Origin: an uncultured virus (IMG/VR IMGVR_UViG_3300025168_000003)
Taxonomy: Duplodnaviria > Heunggongvirae > Uroviricota > Caudoviricetes > Crassvirales
Length of the DNA: 64,000 nucleotides
Strand: one strand, 5' to 3'
IMG/VR virus record: IMGVR_UViG_3300025168_000003
Under the pieces are notes generated by a model. It saw only the letters and a list, made by a program, of their open reading frames with translations. It ran no database searches and was not told the DNA's origin. Positions 1 through 10,257 of the stretch are shown here, in pieces; position 1 is the stretch's first letter, and every line of letters begins with the position of its first letter. A program made the position numbers and the translations under genes.

Positions 1-155
1 TTTTGTAAAATATACGATTCGACAATACTTGCCACTAATCAAGGATCTGTCAGACGAGGAGCTGCATCAGTTAATATTAATATTGATCACGCCGATTTCG
101 ATGAGTGGCTCGAAATACGTGAACCTAAAGGAGATGTCAACAGACAATCACTTAA
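1..155. repeat. Terminal direct repeat, copy 1 (circular overlap)
   Basis: Identical to 63846-64000; falls inside nrdA, so it marks circularity. Confidence 0.95.
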
Positions 156-1269
156 CTTGCACCAGTGCGCTGTGGTTGGCGATAAATTTATGCGAAAGCT
201 TGAACAAGGAGATGGAGAAGCTAGAAGACGTTGGGGACGATTACTTCAAAAGCGTAAAGCTACTGGAGAACCTTACATCCTTTTTAAGGGGAATACAAAT
301 AAAAATAACCCACAAGCATATAAAGACAACGGCTTAAAGGTGCATATGACAAACATATGTTCAGAGATTACATTACACACGGATGAGTCACATAGTTTTA
401 TATGCTGCTTATCATCTTTGAATTTAGCAAAATATGAAGAATGGAAAAATACAAATATAATTTATGACGCAATATGGTTTCTTGATGGCGTACTTGAAGA
501 GTTTATACAGAAAGCTAAAGGTAAAATTGGATTTGGGAATTCAGTTAGATCAGCAGAAAAAGGCCGTGCGCTTGGGCTGGGAGTATTGGGCTGGCATACC
601 TATTTACAAGAAAAAGGACTACCGTTTGAAGGGTTATCTTCTCAGTTTGAGACTCGCAGAATTTTCTCTCAGATTAAAATTGAGTCTGAAAGAGCTTCAA
701 TGGATCTGGCAGAGCTTTATGGAGAACCTTTATGGTGTGTTGGAACTGGTTTACGTAATACTCATTTACGTGCTATTGCTCCTACTGTTAGTAATAGTAA
801 GCTTAGTGGAAATGTTTCGCCTGGTATTGAGCCGTGGGCTGCAAATGTTTTTACGGAGCAAAGTGCTAAAGGGACTTTCATTAGGAAAAACCCGACGTTA
901 AAAAAACAATTAGAAAAACTTAATTTAAATACAAAAAAAATATGGGACAAAATTTTAGCAGACGGTGGTTCAGTACAAGATATAAAAGGTTTAGACGACT
1001 CTACCAAAGAAGTATTTAAAACATTCAAAGAATTAAATCAATTAGAGTTAGTAAGACAGGCGGGTATAAGACAACAGTATATAGATCAATCTGTTAGTTT
1101 AAACTTAGCTTTTCCAAGTACTGCAACTCCTAAGTGGATTAATAAAGTACATTTCGATGCATGGAAAAAAGGTATTAAAACCTTATACTATGTTAGAACA
1201 GAATCTGTTTTACGAGGTGATATAGCCGATCAAGCAATGAGCGAAGACTGTGTTGCTTGTGATGGTTAA
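1..1269 (+). CDS. nrdA: Class I ribonucleotide reductase alpha subunit, 3' part (continues from 63417 across the junction; about 565 aa in total)
   Basis: Frame 1 open from base 1 (FCKIYDSTILATNQGSVRRGAA); TNICSEI active-site motif, AIAPTVS, DQSVSLN, KTLYY, C-terminal CVACDG. Confidence 0.95.
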   Translation, partial: FCKIYDSTILATNQGSVRRGAASVNINIDHADFDEWLEIREPKGDVNRQSLNLHQCAVVGDKFMRKLEQGDGEARRRWGRLLQKRKATGEPYILFKGNTNKNNPQAYKDNGLKVHMTNICSEITLHTDESHSFICCLSSLNLAKYEEWKNTNIIYDAIWFLDGVLEEFIQKAKGKIGFGNSVRSAEKGRALGLGVLGWHTYLQEKGLPFEGLSSQFETRRIFSQIKIESERASMDLAELYGEPLWCVGTGLRNTHLRAIAPTVSNSKLSGNVSPGIEPWAANVFTEQSAKGTFIRKNPTLKKQLEKLNLNTKKIWDKILADGGSVQDIKGLDDSTKEVFKTFKELNQLELVRQAGIRQQYIDQSVSLNLAFPSTATPKWINKVHFDAWKKGIKTLYYVRTESVLRGDIADQAMSEDCVACDG

Positions 1270-1296
1270 AAAGTTATAACTATTAGTTATTATAAT

Positions 1297-1334
1297 AAAA
1301 AAAAGGGCTCTCTTTCGAGGGCCCTTTCTTTATT
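1297..1334. terminator. Bidirectional intrinsic terminator between the convergent arms
   Basis: AAAGGGCTCTC-TTTC-GAGGGCCCTTT hairpin with an A-run 5' and a T-rich tract 3'. Confidence 0.85.
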
Positions 1335-1375
1335 AGGAACTATTGGGTATGGTACGCCCATTTTTATTTTGTTCC

Positions 1376-1513
1376 TTATTTTTTCTTTCCTTTTACTGGT
1401 TTACAATCAGGTACTCTTTTACCACCTTTCTTTTTAAAAGTAGGTTTCCCGTTTACAATATGTGTATAACCTGTCCAACACGGTGTCTCTTTTTTCTTTA
1501 TCTTATTTGCCAT
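1376..1513 (-). CDS. Small basic protein (45 aa, PCWTGY...VPDC)
   Basis: Hand-translated MANKIKKKETPCWTGYTHIVNGKPTFKKKGGKRVPDCKPVKGKKK; packed between the giant gene and the terminator. Confidence 0.7.
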   Translation of the reverse strand: MANKIKKKETPCWTGYTHIVNGKPTFKKKGGKRVPDCKPVKGKKK

Positions 1514-1515
1514 AA

Positions 1516-4500
1516 CTATTTTCTAAAACTTCGTTTTCTTTTTTTATTATTATTACTTGATCTTTTATTATCTTCTTCTTTACCGGCTCCTAACTCCCAG
1601 TCTTGCCAACCAGCTGCCATAGCTATTCTCTCCCACCATTCATAACTTTCATCTAAAGAACCTTGTATGTTTTGCATTTTACGTAAAGCTCTATCCATAG
1701 GAACATTAGTTGTAGCAGACACTACATTCGCTATAGCCATATAAGCTTGATTATCTAAGCTAAATTCCATGTTATCAAATGCTCCGTACTCAGCACTTTT
1801 AGCAGCGTTGTTTAGTTTTCTAATTTTAGATCCTACTGTTGGAGATATATTAATTAATTCTAAAACTGCTTTACCATATTTAGGACTTTTCTTTTCAGAC
1901 TGTTCATAAACTTTTATTGCCGCGTTTTTAACACCAGCTATTGTTGCCCCTAAGAAACCAGTACCTCTTAATAAAGAGTCTGCCATACCATTAGCAACTC
2001 TACCTTGTTTAGATAAAAGCTTTTCATCTTGCTCATCATCAGCAAATGCTATTCCAAACATAGCGTTTTGTATAGCGTTAAACATTAAGTTCTGTACAAA
2101 TCCGTAGTAAACAACTTTAGATAAATTTGTTTTGTAATCTCCTCTGCCATTAGCTAAATCTAATATAGCTTTCTTTTGTATTCTAGCATACTGCATCGGT
2201 GTGTTAGCAAAAGCTAAAACAACTCTACCTAAATTACTAGCTTGCTGTTGACTAATCATATCGGTTCTAGAAGACTGCTGAGATACCTCAGCTATTTCTT
2301 TAAAATCTAAAAAAGCTTGTTCTTTAGCTTTAGCATCAGTCATACCTTGTTTCTTATAGGTATTAATTCTATTTCTATAAAACGTAGCACCACCAGAAGC
2401 TATAGCAAAACTATCTGCGTATCTTGTAAACACAAAACCTTTTTTAAGTATAGTGTTTATTATACCTCTACTCCCTATGTCAGCTGCAATTTCTGCTTCA
2501 CTAATATTTAATTTTAATCCATCACGTCTTGTAACTAAATAATCTGAGTTCATTATTTCCATAAAGTCCTTAGAATATTGTTTAACATCACCTAGTCTAG
2601 CACTTGCTTTTAATGGATTATTATCTGACCAATTAATAAAGTTAACAGAAGATATAGTTTGAAGCACAGCTGATCTAGTATTCAAGAACATAATAGCACC
2701 AACAGAATTGTTAACATAATCTAATACTCTGTTTTCTAAATTATTTTTAGCAGTTCTGTTTCTACCAGATTCCATTCTAGCTAAAGTACCTTCTAAAGCT
2801 TTTCTGTAGTTTTTACCATATGCAGCTTCTAGTTTGTTTAAATTTGCTTCAGAAAATATTTCTTCTTTATTTTGTTTCCACTCTTCTAAATACTTAGCTC
2901 TTTTAATCGTGCCTAATAAATTTCTAGCATCACCGGTTAGTGTTCCACTTAACCAATTCTTACCAGGCTGAGACCACCCGTCGTTTTTAGTAGTTGATAA
3001 TAACTGATCACCAAAAGCTTCTAGCTTAGGATTGTCTTTAACTATTTTATTTAATTCAGCTAAATCAGATTTACTTAGACCAGGAACTTCTACTCCCATT
3101 TTTGTCCACATCCTAACTCTTAAAGCTTGCTCATTAGTAAACCCGCTTTTGTTTTTAGCTTTTAAATCTTTAGGTACAACACCTAATCTTTTCTTTAAAG
3201 CTTTAACGTCGTTAGTTAAAGATATTTGATCTCTAGTTATATTATCTTCTGCTCTTGCAAAAGGATCAAACAAGTTATCTTTATAAAACTTTAAAGCTGC
3301 TTCGCCTTTTTTACCTTTAGGTAATGTTTTATATAATAAACCAGCAAAGTCTTCAGCGCCAGGAGATATAAACAAATCAAACTTGCCCTTACCTTTACCC
3401 ATGATCTCTGCTTTAGCAGAACTAAAAGTTTTATTAGCGTCAATGCCAGTTTTTTCTTGTATTATCTCGTTAAAGGTTTTACCTAGTTTCTTTTGAGCTA
3501 ATGCTAGTTGAACTTTACCTTTAACATCTATAACGTCTAATACTTTTTTAACTGCTTTAACATTTTTTAAAGCGTCATCAGCAAAGTAAAAATCATTATA
3601 ACCGTTTGCGGCTTTTTCTAATATCCAGTTTGACTTAGCAGAAGGTGCTCCATCAGCTAATCCTGTTATATTTTCTAAAGGTATATCTAAACCTAGTTCT
3701 TTTAAAAACTTATGAATAGCTGGCGCAGCATCTTGAGGCCTAGCCGTTAACACAAACATGTCTCTTTTACCTGGGCTTTCATTTATAAACTTAGCTAATT
3801 CAAACAACGGTCCTTTTTTACCATCTATTACTTTACTAAATTCTGTAAAATCAAACTTTGCTCCTGCAGCCTCTAATGACTCAGATCTTTTAGCAAACTC
3901 TGTAGCATTAAGTTTTCCTTTCTTGCCATTAGGCATGGTATAAAGTACATTAGATTTAGATCTAGCTAATGTATCGTCAAAATCAAATACTCTAGCTTTT
4001 TTAGTTTCTTTAAATTTCTTTTGAGCTAACCTAAGAGCTTTGTCCCTATTGTTCATTTGGTTTAATAGCTCTGCTTTACTAGATTTTTTACTTGTCAATA
4101 CACCTGCTTTTTGAGCAAGCTTAACATCTGCGGCCCAGCTTGATTTTACATCTGCTTTATTTTTTAAAGAAGACTCAAGTACCAGTTCATTGGGTCTGCT
4201 AGGTTCTAAAGACATTTTAGCTACAGCATCGATTATCCAAGGTTCATTAAGCTCTTTAAATTTAGCACCAACACGTTGAGCGTTTTTTTGCATTAACTTA
4301 TCATAAAGAGTTTGTTTGAAACCGCTTTCTACAGTCACATAGTCTTTTAAGCTTTTAAGATCTAAAACCATTCTAGCTAAACCAGAAGTATTAGTGGTAC
4401 CACCCAGCTTATCTATGATATCTAAATATTTTTTAAACGATATAATTCCTTTATAATTATTCATTATATCTTTACCGTCTTTAGCCCATCTACCTTCTAC

Positions 4501-7500
4501 AATAGCTTTAGCTTCTTGCATTGATTGTTCTAAGGAAGATTTTAAATGTTCTAATTTAAGTTTACCCGGCTCCCCTGTTTTTTTAACAGCCATGATTGGC
4601 ACAAACTGTCTACCATATCCTGAAGTTGCGCCACTATTTTCAGCCGCTAATTGATATATAACTTTTGCCCTTGCTTCAAATTCAGCTGGTGTTTTAGCAT
4701 CATATAAATAGTTTTGCTTCATTACACCCATAGCATAATAAACATCTGACTTATAAGCATTGTCACTAGAGTTTACGTATTTTTTAAGAGCTTCTAAATC
4801 TCCAGTTTTAAAATACTTTTGCAAAGCGTTTTTTTGCTGAGCATCACTCATAAAATCACCAGGCTTTATATTATCAAATATACCGTCCTTATATTTTTCA
4901 CCTAGGTTATCTGTTACTCTTTCATATTGACCTTTAGCAAGATCATTTTCTGACATTAACTTACCTTCTGTAGTTATTTTTCTAAAATCCTTACCTACGT
5001 TTCTAGCAGTTCCTCTACTAGTGCTTCCAAATGATTGTAATAAAACTTCTTTAGTAAAATACTTTTGTAAATCTTTAGGAAAGTACTTAGCCATTTCTCC
5101 TATGCCATCTAAAAATGTCTCAAGTCTAGCTATATCAAATATAGATAGTTTTATTTCAGGGCCTTCAGTGCCTTTTGTAAATACTCCTTTATCCCCCAAA
5201 AAAGGGCTACCAATTTTAAACTTACCTTCTTTACGTTTAAAAACCTTAGTTGAGCGCATAGACTTACCAGTACTGCCATCTATGATATTATTTATATCAA
5301 CACCTTTAGGAGCGCCGTTTGTTTCTGCTATTTTAATATCAGCTTTTTCTGAAGTTTTAAAAGTAGGCGCTTTAGCTTTACCTTCTTTGGCTCTTTTAGT
5401 TGCGTCTTTAATTACTTCAGATTCAAGTCTTTCTATTCTTTCTACAAACGTTGGGTTTGTTTTTCTTAAAGCTTCTTTGTCTTTTATATAGGCACCAACT
5501 AATCTAGCTACGGTTATTTCGTTTAACCCACCAACATCTCCTTGTAGTTCACCTATTATTTTTTGAGCTAGTCTAGGATTTTTACCATCAGCAACTCTTT
5601 GTAGTTCGTTAGCTGTAGCACCTTTAGTTTTCATCTCTCCTCTACTAACATTATTTACTAGTCCTTGAAAGATTAGTTTATTAATACCTTTTATAGTTGT
5701 AGCTTGTGAAGATCTATAAAGCACAGCATCATCAGGAGCTTTCATAGCTTCAGATATTTCTTTAGCGCTTATGTTTTTTCTTTTAACCCACTTACCGTTT
5801 ACTTTATTGAAGAATAACTTTAAAACGTTATTAGGTACACCAGTCGACTTACCACCTATTTGTTGATAAGCTTCTGGTATAATATTTTTTACAAGATCAG
5901 CATTTTTATTTATGAAGCTTCTTAACTCTCTAAACGCTGCGTTTTCGTTTATGTTAACAGTTTGAGCAGCACTAACCTCTTTACCTTTTTTAGTACCTGT
6001 TTTAGCTATATCATATAGTAGTTTTGGATTTAAACCAAAAGCCTCTCCCCATGCTTTAGCTAATTCAGGACCAGGTCGTAATGATTTGTAATCCATAGAC
6101 GCAAGATCTAAAGCTATATTGTCTTTACCTATCGCCTCTATTAATTTACCCATAACAGAAGGATCTGTAAACTTTAAATCTTTAGGGTCTGTTAATTTTA
6201 CCTCTCTCGTTGTTCTAGCATCAAAGTCTTTAGTTGTCTCAGCCATAACAGACTGAGCTTCTTTACTGTCAAGATCTCTGCCAAATAAATCTCCTTCTTG
6301 TCCTAGTCTTTTTAATATATTACCAAGTCTACCACCTCCAAAATTACCACCACCAAACAAGGCTTGTCTAGCGTATGCGCCAAACGGAACATCTATATTT
6401 TCTTTACCTCTTTTTAAATAAGTACTAAGTATTTTATCGTATATCTCTGTGCCAACCTCCATCTCAAACATCTCTCTAGTAATACCTAAACCTTCTTTAA
6501 ACTTTGTGTTTATAAACTCTTGTATTAAACCTTGGTTGTTTTCATAAACCTTACCTATAAGATCTGTTTTATTACCTGTTCTCTCAAACTCTTCAAAAGC
6601 TTTTTTGTTTTCGTTAGAAATATCTTTTGATCTTTGATTTAACTCTTTTTGAGCAACCTTGTCTATACCTAATGTTTGCCCAGTTTCATAATCTATAAGT
6701 TTCTTTCCGTTAAACTCTATACCTTCAAACCTATTCATTAATTTAGGACTGTAGTTACCTTTTCCAAAGTCTTGTCCTAATCTTTGCATAAACCTAATTA
6801 CAGCGTCTGGATTGTTTAATTTAGGTAACACGTTTTGTAATGCAGTTCCTTCTAAAGCTTTTTCTAAAAAAGTAGTAATGTTTTGTTTTAAACTGCCAAG
6901 TACACCACTGTCAAGTACTCTTTGTTTGTTTTCAGGTCTTTGTAATAAGTCTAATAAGTTAGCATTAAACTCTTCAAAAGTAGAACTTTTATCTTGAGTT
7001 TTTTCGTAAGCTTCTTTTATAGCTTCAGATAGATTATCTATCTTAGTTATTTCACCTGTTCTAGGATCTATAGATTCAAACTTCATTTTAGAAACAGACT
7101 TAGCCAGCATGTCTTGTAACGCTTTTTGTACGCCAACATCTTTAGCAAACATCTTACGCATAACAACGTGATAAATTTCATGAGGCAAAGTACCTTCGTT
7201 CATCTTAGATACATCAACGCTAACATGCAGTTTTCCATTACGAGTTGTTACAGCGGCTGCTTCACCTGAAGCTAGTTTCATACCTCTACCATCTGTAGAA
7301 ACTGTCATATTGAAAGCAGGTTCACCACCATTTTCTTTCATATAACTTCTATTAAATTTTTCTAATAAACCTTGAGTGTCTGCAGCTAATATATTTTTAT
7401 CTAAAAATCTTTCTCTATTTTCAGCTACTCTTATTTGTTTTATTAATTCATTTCTTAATTGAAATTGATCACCAAGCTGCTCTGTAGTTTCTCCTTTTTC

Positions 7501-10245
7501 TAATCTACTTGTTATTTCTTTATCTGTTCTTAATAGTAAATTTCTTTTTGACTGTACACTTAATCTTCTATCAGCTTTATTAGTATGGGTTAAACCTATT
7601 ATACTAAACTGTAAAACCTCCATTAAAGTATGTTTAGCCCAGTCTTCCATATCGCCATACTTTTCTTCTACAAAAGTTTCAAATTCTTTTTTGTTTTGAG
7701 CCGATGCTATCATAGCTTCTAATGGAGCTGCTGTTTGTGCACCCGCTGCACCACCAAGACCTGAGTATAAACCTTTTTCTAAAACTGTATTCATTGCTGA
7801 AGCACCAGTAAAACCTTTAAACAAGTTAGTAGGTAGTACTTTTCTCATAGCGTGACCACCAACAACAAAACCAAAACCAGCACCTGTAGGCATATCTACA
7901 CCGAACAGTGGGTCTAATAAAGCCATTTTACCTTCTTCTTGAAGTCCTTGTATCATTAGAGCTTGTGCTTTATTAAATGCAGTGCCACTAACTTTTGTTA
8001 GTCCTTTTGACTTAGAATAAGCATCTATAGTCATTTTAGCTTTCTTTGCTCTTGCAGCCACTATAGCTTGTGACAATGGTTTAACAGAGTTTTTACCAGC
8101 ATTAGCCAAATAAGTAACATTTCTTAATTTACTTAAATAATTACCTATACCTAAAGTTGTACCCATACCTCCAGTAGCGTAGGTAACGACAGCAAGTTCT
8201 GCTAGCATAGGAACAAAACCTCCTAGTCCAGTCCAAAACTGCTCACCAAATCCTTCTTCAAAAGAATCCAGTTGTTCTGCAGACATAGTAAAAGGATCTT
8301 GACCTTCGTCTAGCGTTGTATTTATTTTCTCCAATAAAGCCTCAGCGTCATTTAAATCATCTCTATCTGTTCTAAATATAGAATCTCTTCTAAAACCACC
8401 TGGACCAAACTCACCTTGACCAGGTAAAGCATCTAATATACCTGCTACAAAATTACCACCTTGACTAACTATATCATCTGCTTTTATAGAACCTGGATCT
8501 ACATTTAACAGGTACAATTGTTTCCAAGCACTGTGTTCGGTAGATAATCTTCTTTGAGTTTGTCTTGCGTTTGCTACATAACCTTCTAGGTTATTCATAC
8601 TTATAGTAGCTTCACCTGTTTTATTTTCAGGTTTATTTATTTCTATTTCTTCTCTAGCAAACCCAGGGTAAATTATCAGTAAGTCTTTTAATGTAACATC
8701 TTTTATAACACCTTCTGTTGCATACTCTGAAGTTGTTTCCCTACCTTTGGTATCAATCATAGAATAACCTCTATTAAATAGTTTTTCGGCTAATGGTGAA
8801 CCTTCTTGCAAGAATCCAGCTTTTATTTTAATATCAAACTTTTGAGTATTTATATCATTTTGAAATCCACTGAATTCAGCTAAGTGTATTCTATAATCGT
8901 TTTGTATTGTTTGAAAATCAGATGTATCTAATTTCTTTTTTAATTCTACTTTAGCTATGTTATAATCTTCTGTTAAGTCAACCACTTGTATACCACCTAT
9001 TTTAGCAAGACCTTTGGTTGTTCTAGTTCCATCTGGTGCAAACAAAAATTCAGCATCTCTATCTACTACGGTTCTTAGTATTAAATTGCTGGCTTTTATA
9101 GACTTTTCTAATTCATCTGTTAAGTCTCCTGTTGTAGAGTTTTCTAAACCACCTGTTGGTTCGTTTAATAGGTTTTGTATTTCTCTTATTCTATTATTTA
9201 ATTGAGCTAATTGTTTTTCTTCAGGATCAGTTATACTTTGTATGTGTTGTAGCTTTTCTCTATTACTTGCTTCCAACCAATTACCAGCATCTTGAAGAGG
9301 TTTAACATATTTTTTTATAATATTATAATTGTTCATTTCAACCTCTCTAGTAGCAACTTGTTGCAACATTCTATCCACTATAGCATCTGGTTGAGAACCT
9401 GTTAAACCTACATCTTCTGGATTTATACCTCCAAAAAAACCAGATCCAGAAACACTTCTATTGGCAGCGTAGTTTTCAATAAGGTTTTTTCTCATGTAAT
9501 CTCTAAAGCCATCTTTATCCATTAACGAGGTAATCATCATTGTTGGATCATAGGCTATATCTTCTTCATTAGCAAAATCATAACTTAACTGCTCTAAGTT
9601 AATAGCTATAGAACCTTCAAAGTCATCAATATTTCTTTCGTTTTCTTTATTTAATTCTTCGTCAAAATTATCTTTAAGGAAACCGTTTATTATAGCTTGG
9701 CTTTCATCAACTTGGTTGTTTAAACCACCAGTAAAATCTAATCCAGAAGCTGCTGTTATCATGTCACCTGGACTAAGCTGTGTTGTTCTTACTTTTACAG
9801 TATTACCATTTAAAGCGGTTATACTTATATTATTTTTATCATAATCAAATTCAAAACCTCCATTTACACCACTATACATTTGAGAGTAAGCTGATGCTAT
9901 ATTTTTATTTGATTGACTTTTAAATTCTGGAATATTAAAAATAGTACCATAGTCTCTATTTTTAGGTAGCTCAATTTTTACAACAGCATTCTTTTTTGAG
10001 CGAGCTCTTGCAAGTCTGTCTAATTGTGTATCTCCAACCGAAACTGTGTCTACCGAATCTAATTCCATATTCTCGGATGTTACCGGATCTACCAGTGCTA
10101 CAGTCACATCCTCCGTTGCAACACTGTCTGCTTTTTTTAACGTAAAGCCTAGTCGTTTAGCTTGAGCCTCCCAATCATCACCGTATTGAGATTTAAATTT
10201 ATCAGCAGATATCTCTCTACCTTGTGAGTCTACATATATATCCAT
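1516..10245 (-). CDS. Giant internal virion/ejection protein (2909 aa), polyvalent: zincin metallopeptidase motif, sigma70-region-2-like segment, HAD phosphatase domain
   Basis: Last gene of the ejection-protein cluster; HEIYH at about 7168-7182; VFDFDDTL / VLTAR / FADDALKN HAD motifs at about 3540-4000. Confidence 0.8.
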   Translation of the reverse strand: MDIYVDSQGREISADKFKSQYGDDWEAQAKRLGFTLKKADSVATEDVTVALVDPVTSENMELDSVDTVSVGDTQLDRLARARSKKNAVVKIELPKNRDYGTIFNIPEFKSQSNKNIASAYSQMYSGVNGGFEFDYDKNNISITALNGNTVKVRTTQLSPGDMITAASGLDFTGGLNNQVDESQAIINGFLKDNFDEELNKENERNIDDFEGSIAINLEQLSYDFANEEDIAYDPTMMITSLMDKDGFRDYMRKNLIENYAANRSVSGSGFFGGINPEDVGLTGSQPDAIVDRMLQQVATREVEMNNYNIIKKYVKPLQDAGNWLEASNREKLQHIQSITDPEEKQLAQLNNRIREIQNLLNEPTGGLENSTTGDLTDELEKSIKASNLILRTVVDRDAEFLFAPDGTRTTKGLAKIGGIQVVDLTEDYNIAKVELKKKLDTSDFQTIQNDYRIHLAEFSGFQNDINTQKFDIKIKAGFLQEGSPLAEKLFNRGYSMIDTKGRETTSEYATEGVIKDVTLKDLLIIYPGFAREEIEINKPENKTGEATISMNNLEGYVANARQTQRRLSTEHSAWKQLYLLNVDPGSIKADDIVSQGGNFVAGILDALPGQGEFGPGGFRRDSIFRTDRDDLNDAEALLEKINTTLDEGQDPFTMSAEQLDSFEEGFGEQFWTGLGGFVPMLAELAVVTYATGGMGTTLGIGNYLSKLRNVTYLANAGKNSVKPLSQAIVAARAKKAKMTIDAYSKSKGLTKVSGTAFNKAQALMIQGLQEEGKMALLDPLFGVDMPTGAGFGFVVGGHAMRKVLPTNLFKGFTGASAMNTVLEKGLYSGLGGAAGAQTAAPLEAMIASAQNKKEFETFVEEKYGDMEDWAKHTLMEVLQFSIIGLTHTNKADRRLSVQSKRNLLLRTDKEITSRLEKGETTEQLGDQFQLRNELIKQIRVAENRERFLDKNILAADTQGLLEKFNRSYMKENGGEPAFNMTVSTDGRGMKLASGEAAAVTTRNGKLHVSVDVSKMNEGTLPHEIYHVVMRKMFAKDVGVQKALQDMLAKSVSKMKFESIDPRTGEITKIDNLSEAIKEAYEKTQDKSSTFEEFNANLLDLLQRPENKQRVLDSGVLGSLKQNITTFLEKALEGTALQNVLPKLNNPDAVIRFMQRLGQDFGKGNYSPKLMNRFEGIEFNGKKLIDYETGQTLGIDKVAQKELNQRSKDISNENKKAFEEFERTGNKTDLIGKVYENNQGLIQEFINTKFKEGLGITREMFEMEVGTEIYDKILSTYLKRGKENIDVPFGAYARQALFGGGNFGGGRLGNILKRLGQEGDLFGRDLDSKEAQSVMAETTKDFDARTTREVKLTDPKDLKFTDPSVMGKLIEAIGKDNIALDLASMDYKSLRPGPELAKAWGEAFGLNPKLLYDIAKTGTKKGKEVSAAQTVNINENAAFRELRSFINKNADLVKNIIPEAYQQIGGKSTGVPNNVLKLFFNKVNGKWVKRKNISAKEISEAMKAPDDAVLYRSSQATTIKGINKLIFQGLVNNVSRGEMKTKGATANELQRVADGKNPRLAQKIIGELQGDVGGLNEITVARLVGAYIKDKEALRKTNPTFVERIERLESEVIKDATKRAKEGKAKAPTFKTSEKADIKIAETNGAPKGVDINNIIDGSTGKSMRSTKVFKRKEGKFKIGSPFLGDKGVFTKGTEGPEIKLSIFDIARLETFLDGIGEMAKYFPKDLQKYFTKEVLLQSFGSTSRGTARNVGKDFRKITTEGKLMSENDLAKGQYERVTDNLGEKYKDGIFDNIKPGDFMSDAQQKNALQKYFKTGDLEALKKYVNSSDNAYKSDVYYAMGVMKQNYLYDAKTPAEFEARAKVIYQLAAENSGATSGYGRQFVPIMAVKKTGEPGKLKLEHLKSSLEQSMQEAKAIVEGRWAKDGKDIMNNYKGIISFKKYLDIIDKLGGTTNTSGLARMVLDLKSLKDYVTVESGFKQTLYDKLMQKNAQRVGAKFKELNEPWIIDAVAKMSLEPSRPNELVLESSLKNKADVKSSWAADVKLAQKAGVLTSKKSSKAELLNQMNNRDKALRLAQKKFKETKKARVFDFDDTLARSKSNVLYTMPNGKKGKLNATEFAKRSESLEAAGAKFDFTEFSKVIDGKKGPLFELAKFINESPGKRDMFVLTARPQDAAPAIHKFLKELGLDIPLENITGLADGAPSAKSNWILEKAANGYNDFYFADDALKNVKAVKKVLDVIDVKGKVQLALAQKKLGKTFNEIIQEKTGIDANKTFSSAKAEIMGKGKGKFDLFISPGAEDFAGLLYKTLPKGKKGEAALKFYKDNLFDPFARAEDNITRDQISLTNDVKALKKRLGVVPKDLKAKNKSGFTNEQALRVRMWTKMGVEVPGLSKSDLAELNKIVKDNPKLEAFGDQLLSTTKNDGWSQPGKNWLSGTLTGDARNLLGTIKRAKYLEEWKQNKEEIFSEANLNKLEAAYGKNYRKALEGTLARMESGRNRTAKNNLENRVLDYVNNSVGAIMFLNTRSAVLQTISSVNFINWSDNNPLKASARLGDVKQYSKDFMEIMNSDYLVTRRDGLKLNISEAEIAADIGSRGIINTILKKGFVFTRYADSFAIASGGATFYRNRINTYKKQGMTDAKAKEQAFLDFKEIAEVSQQSSRTDMISQQQASNLGRVVLAFANTPMQYARIQKKAILDLANGRGDYKTNLSKVVYYGFVQNLMFNAIQNAMFGIAFADDEQDEKLLSKQGRVANGMADSLLRGTGFLGATIAGVKNAAIKVYEQSEKKSPKYGKAVLELINISPTVGSKIRKLNNAAKSAEYGAFDNMEFSLDNQAYMAIANVVSATTNVPMDRALRKMQNIQGSLDESYEWWERIAMAAGWQDWELGAGKEEDNKRSSNNNKKRKRSFRK

Positions 10246-10257
10246 TTAATTATATTT

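Noticed and set aside
29..901. ORFs 29-337 and 464-901 (also 63427-63720)
   Set aside because: Out-of-frame shadows of nrdA with no recognisable features
1343..1645. 100-aa hydrophobic plus-strand ORF
   Set aside because: Antisense to Lys-rich minus-strand genes; the Phe/Leu content is a mirror artefact
3960..4000. DFDD as the catalytic motif of a crAss-like virion RNA polymerase
   Set aside because: It is DxDxT with HAD motifs II-IV downstream, not DxDxD
5021..5491. Antisense ORFs inside structural genes (also 42139-42606, 43402-43725, 29553-29840)
   Set aside because: Antisense frames expected from codon bias; no start context or promoter
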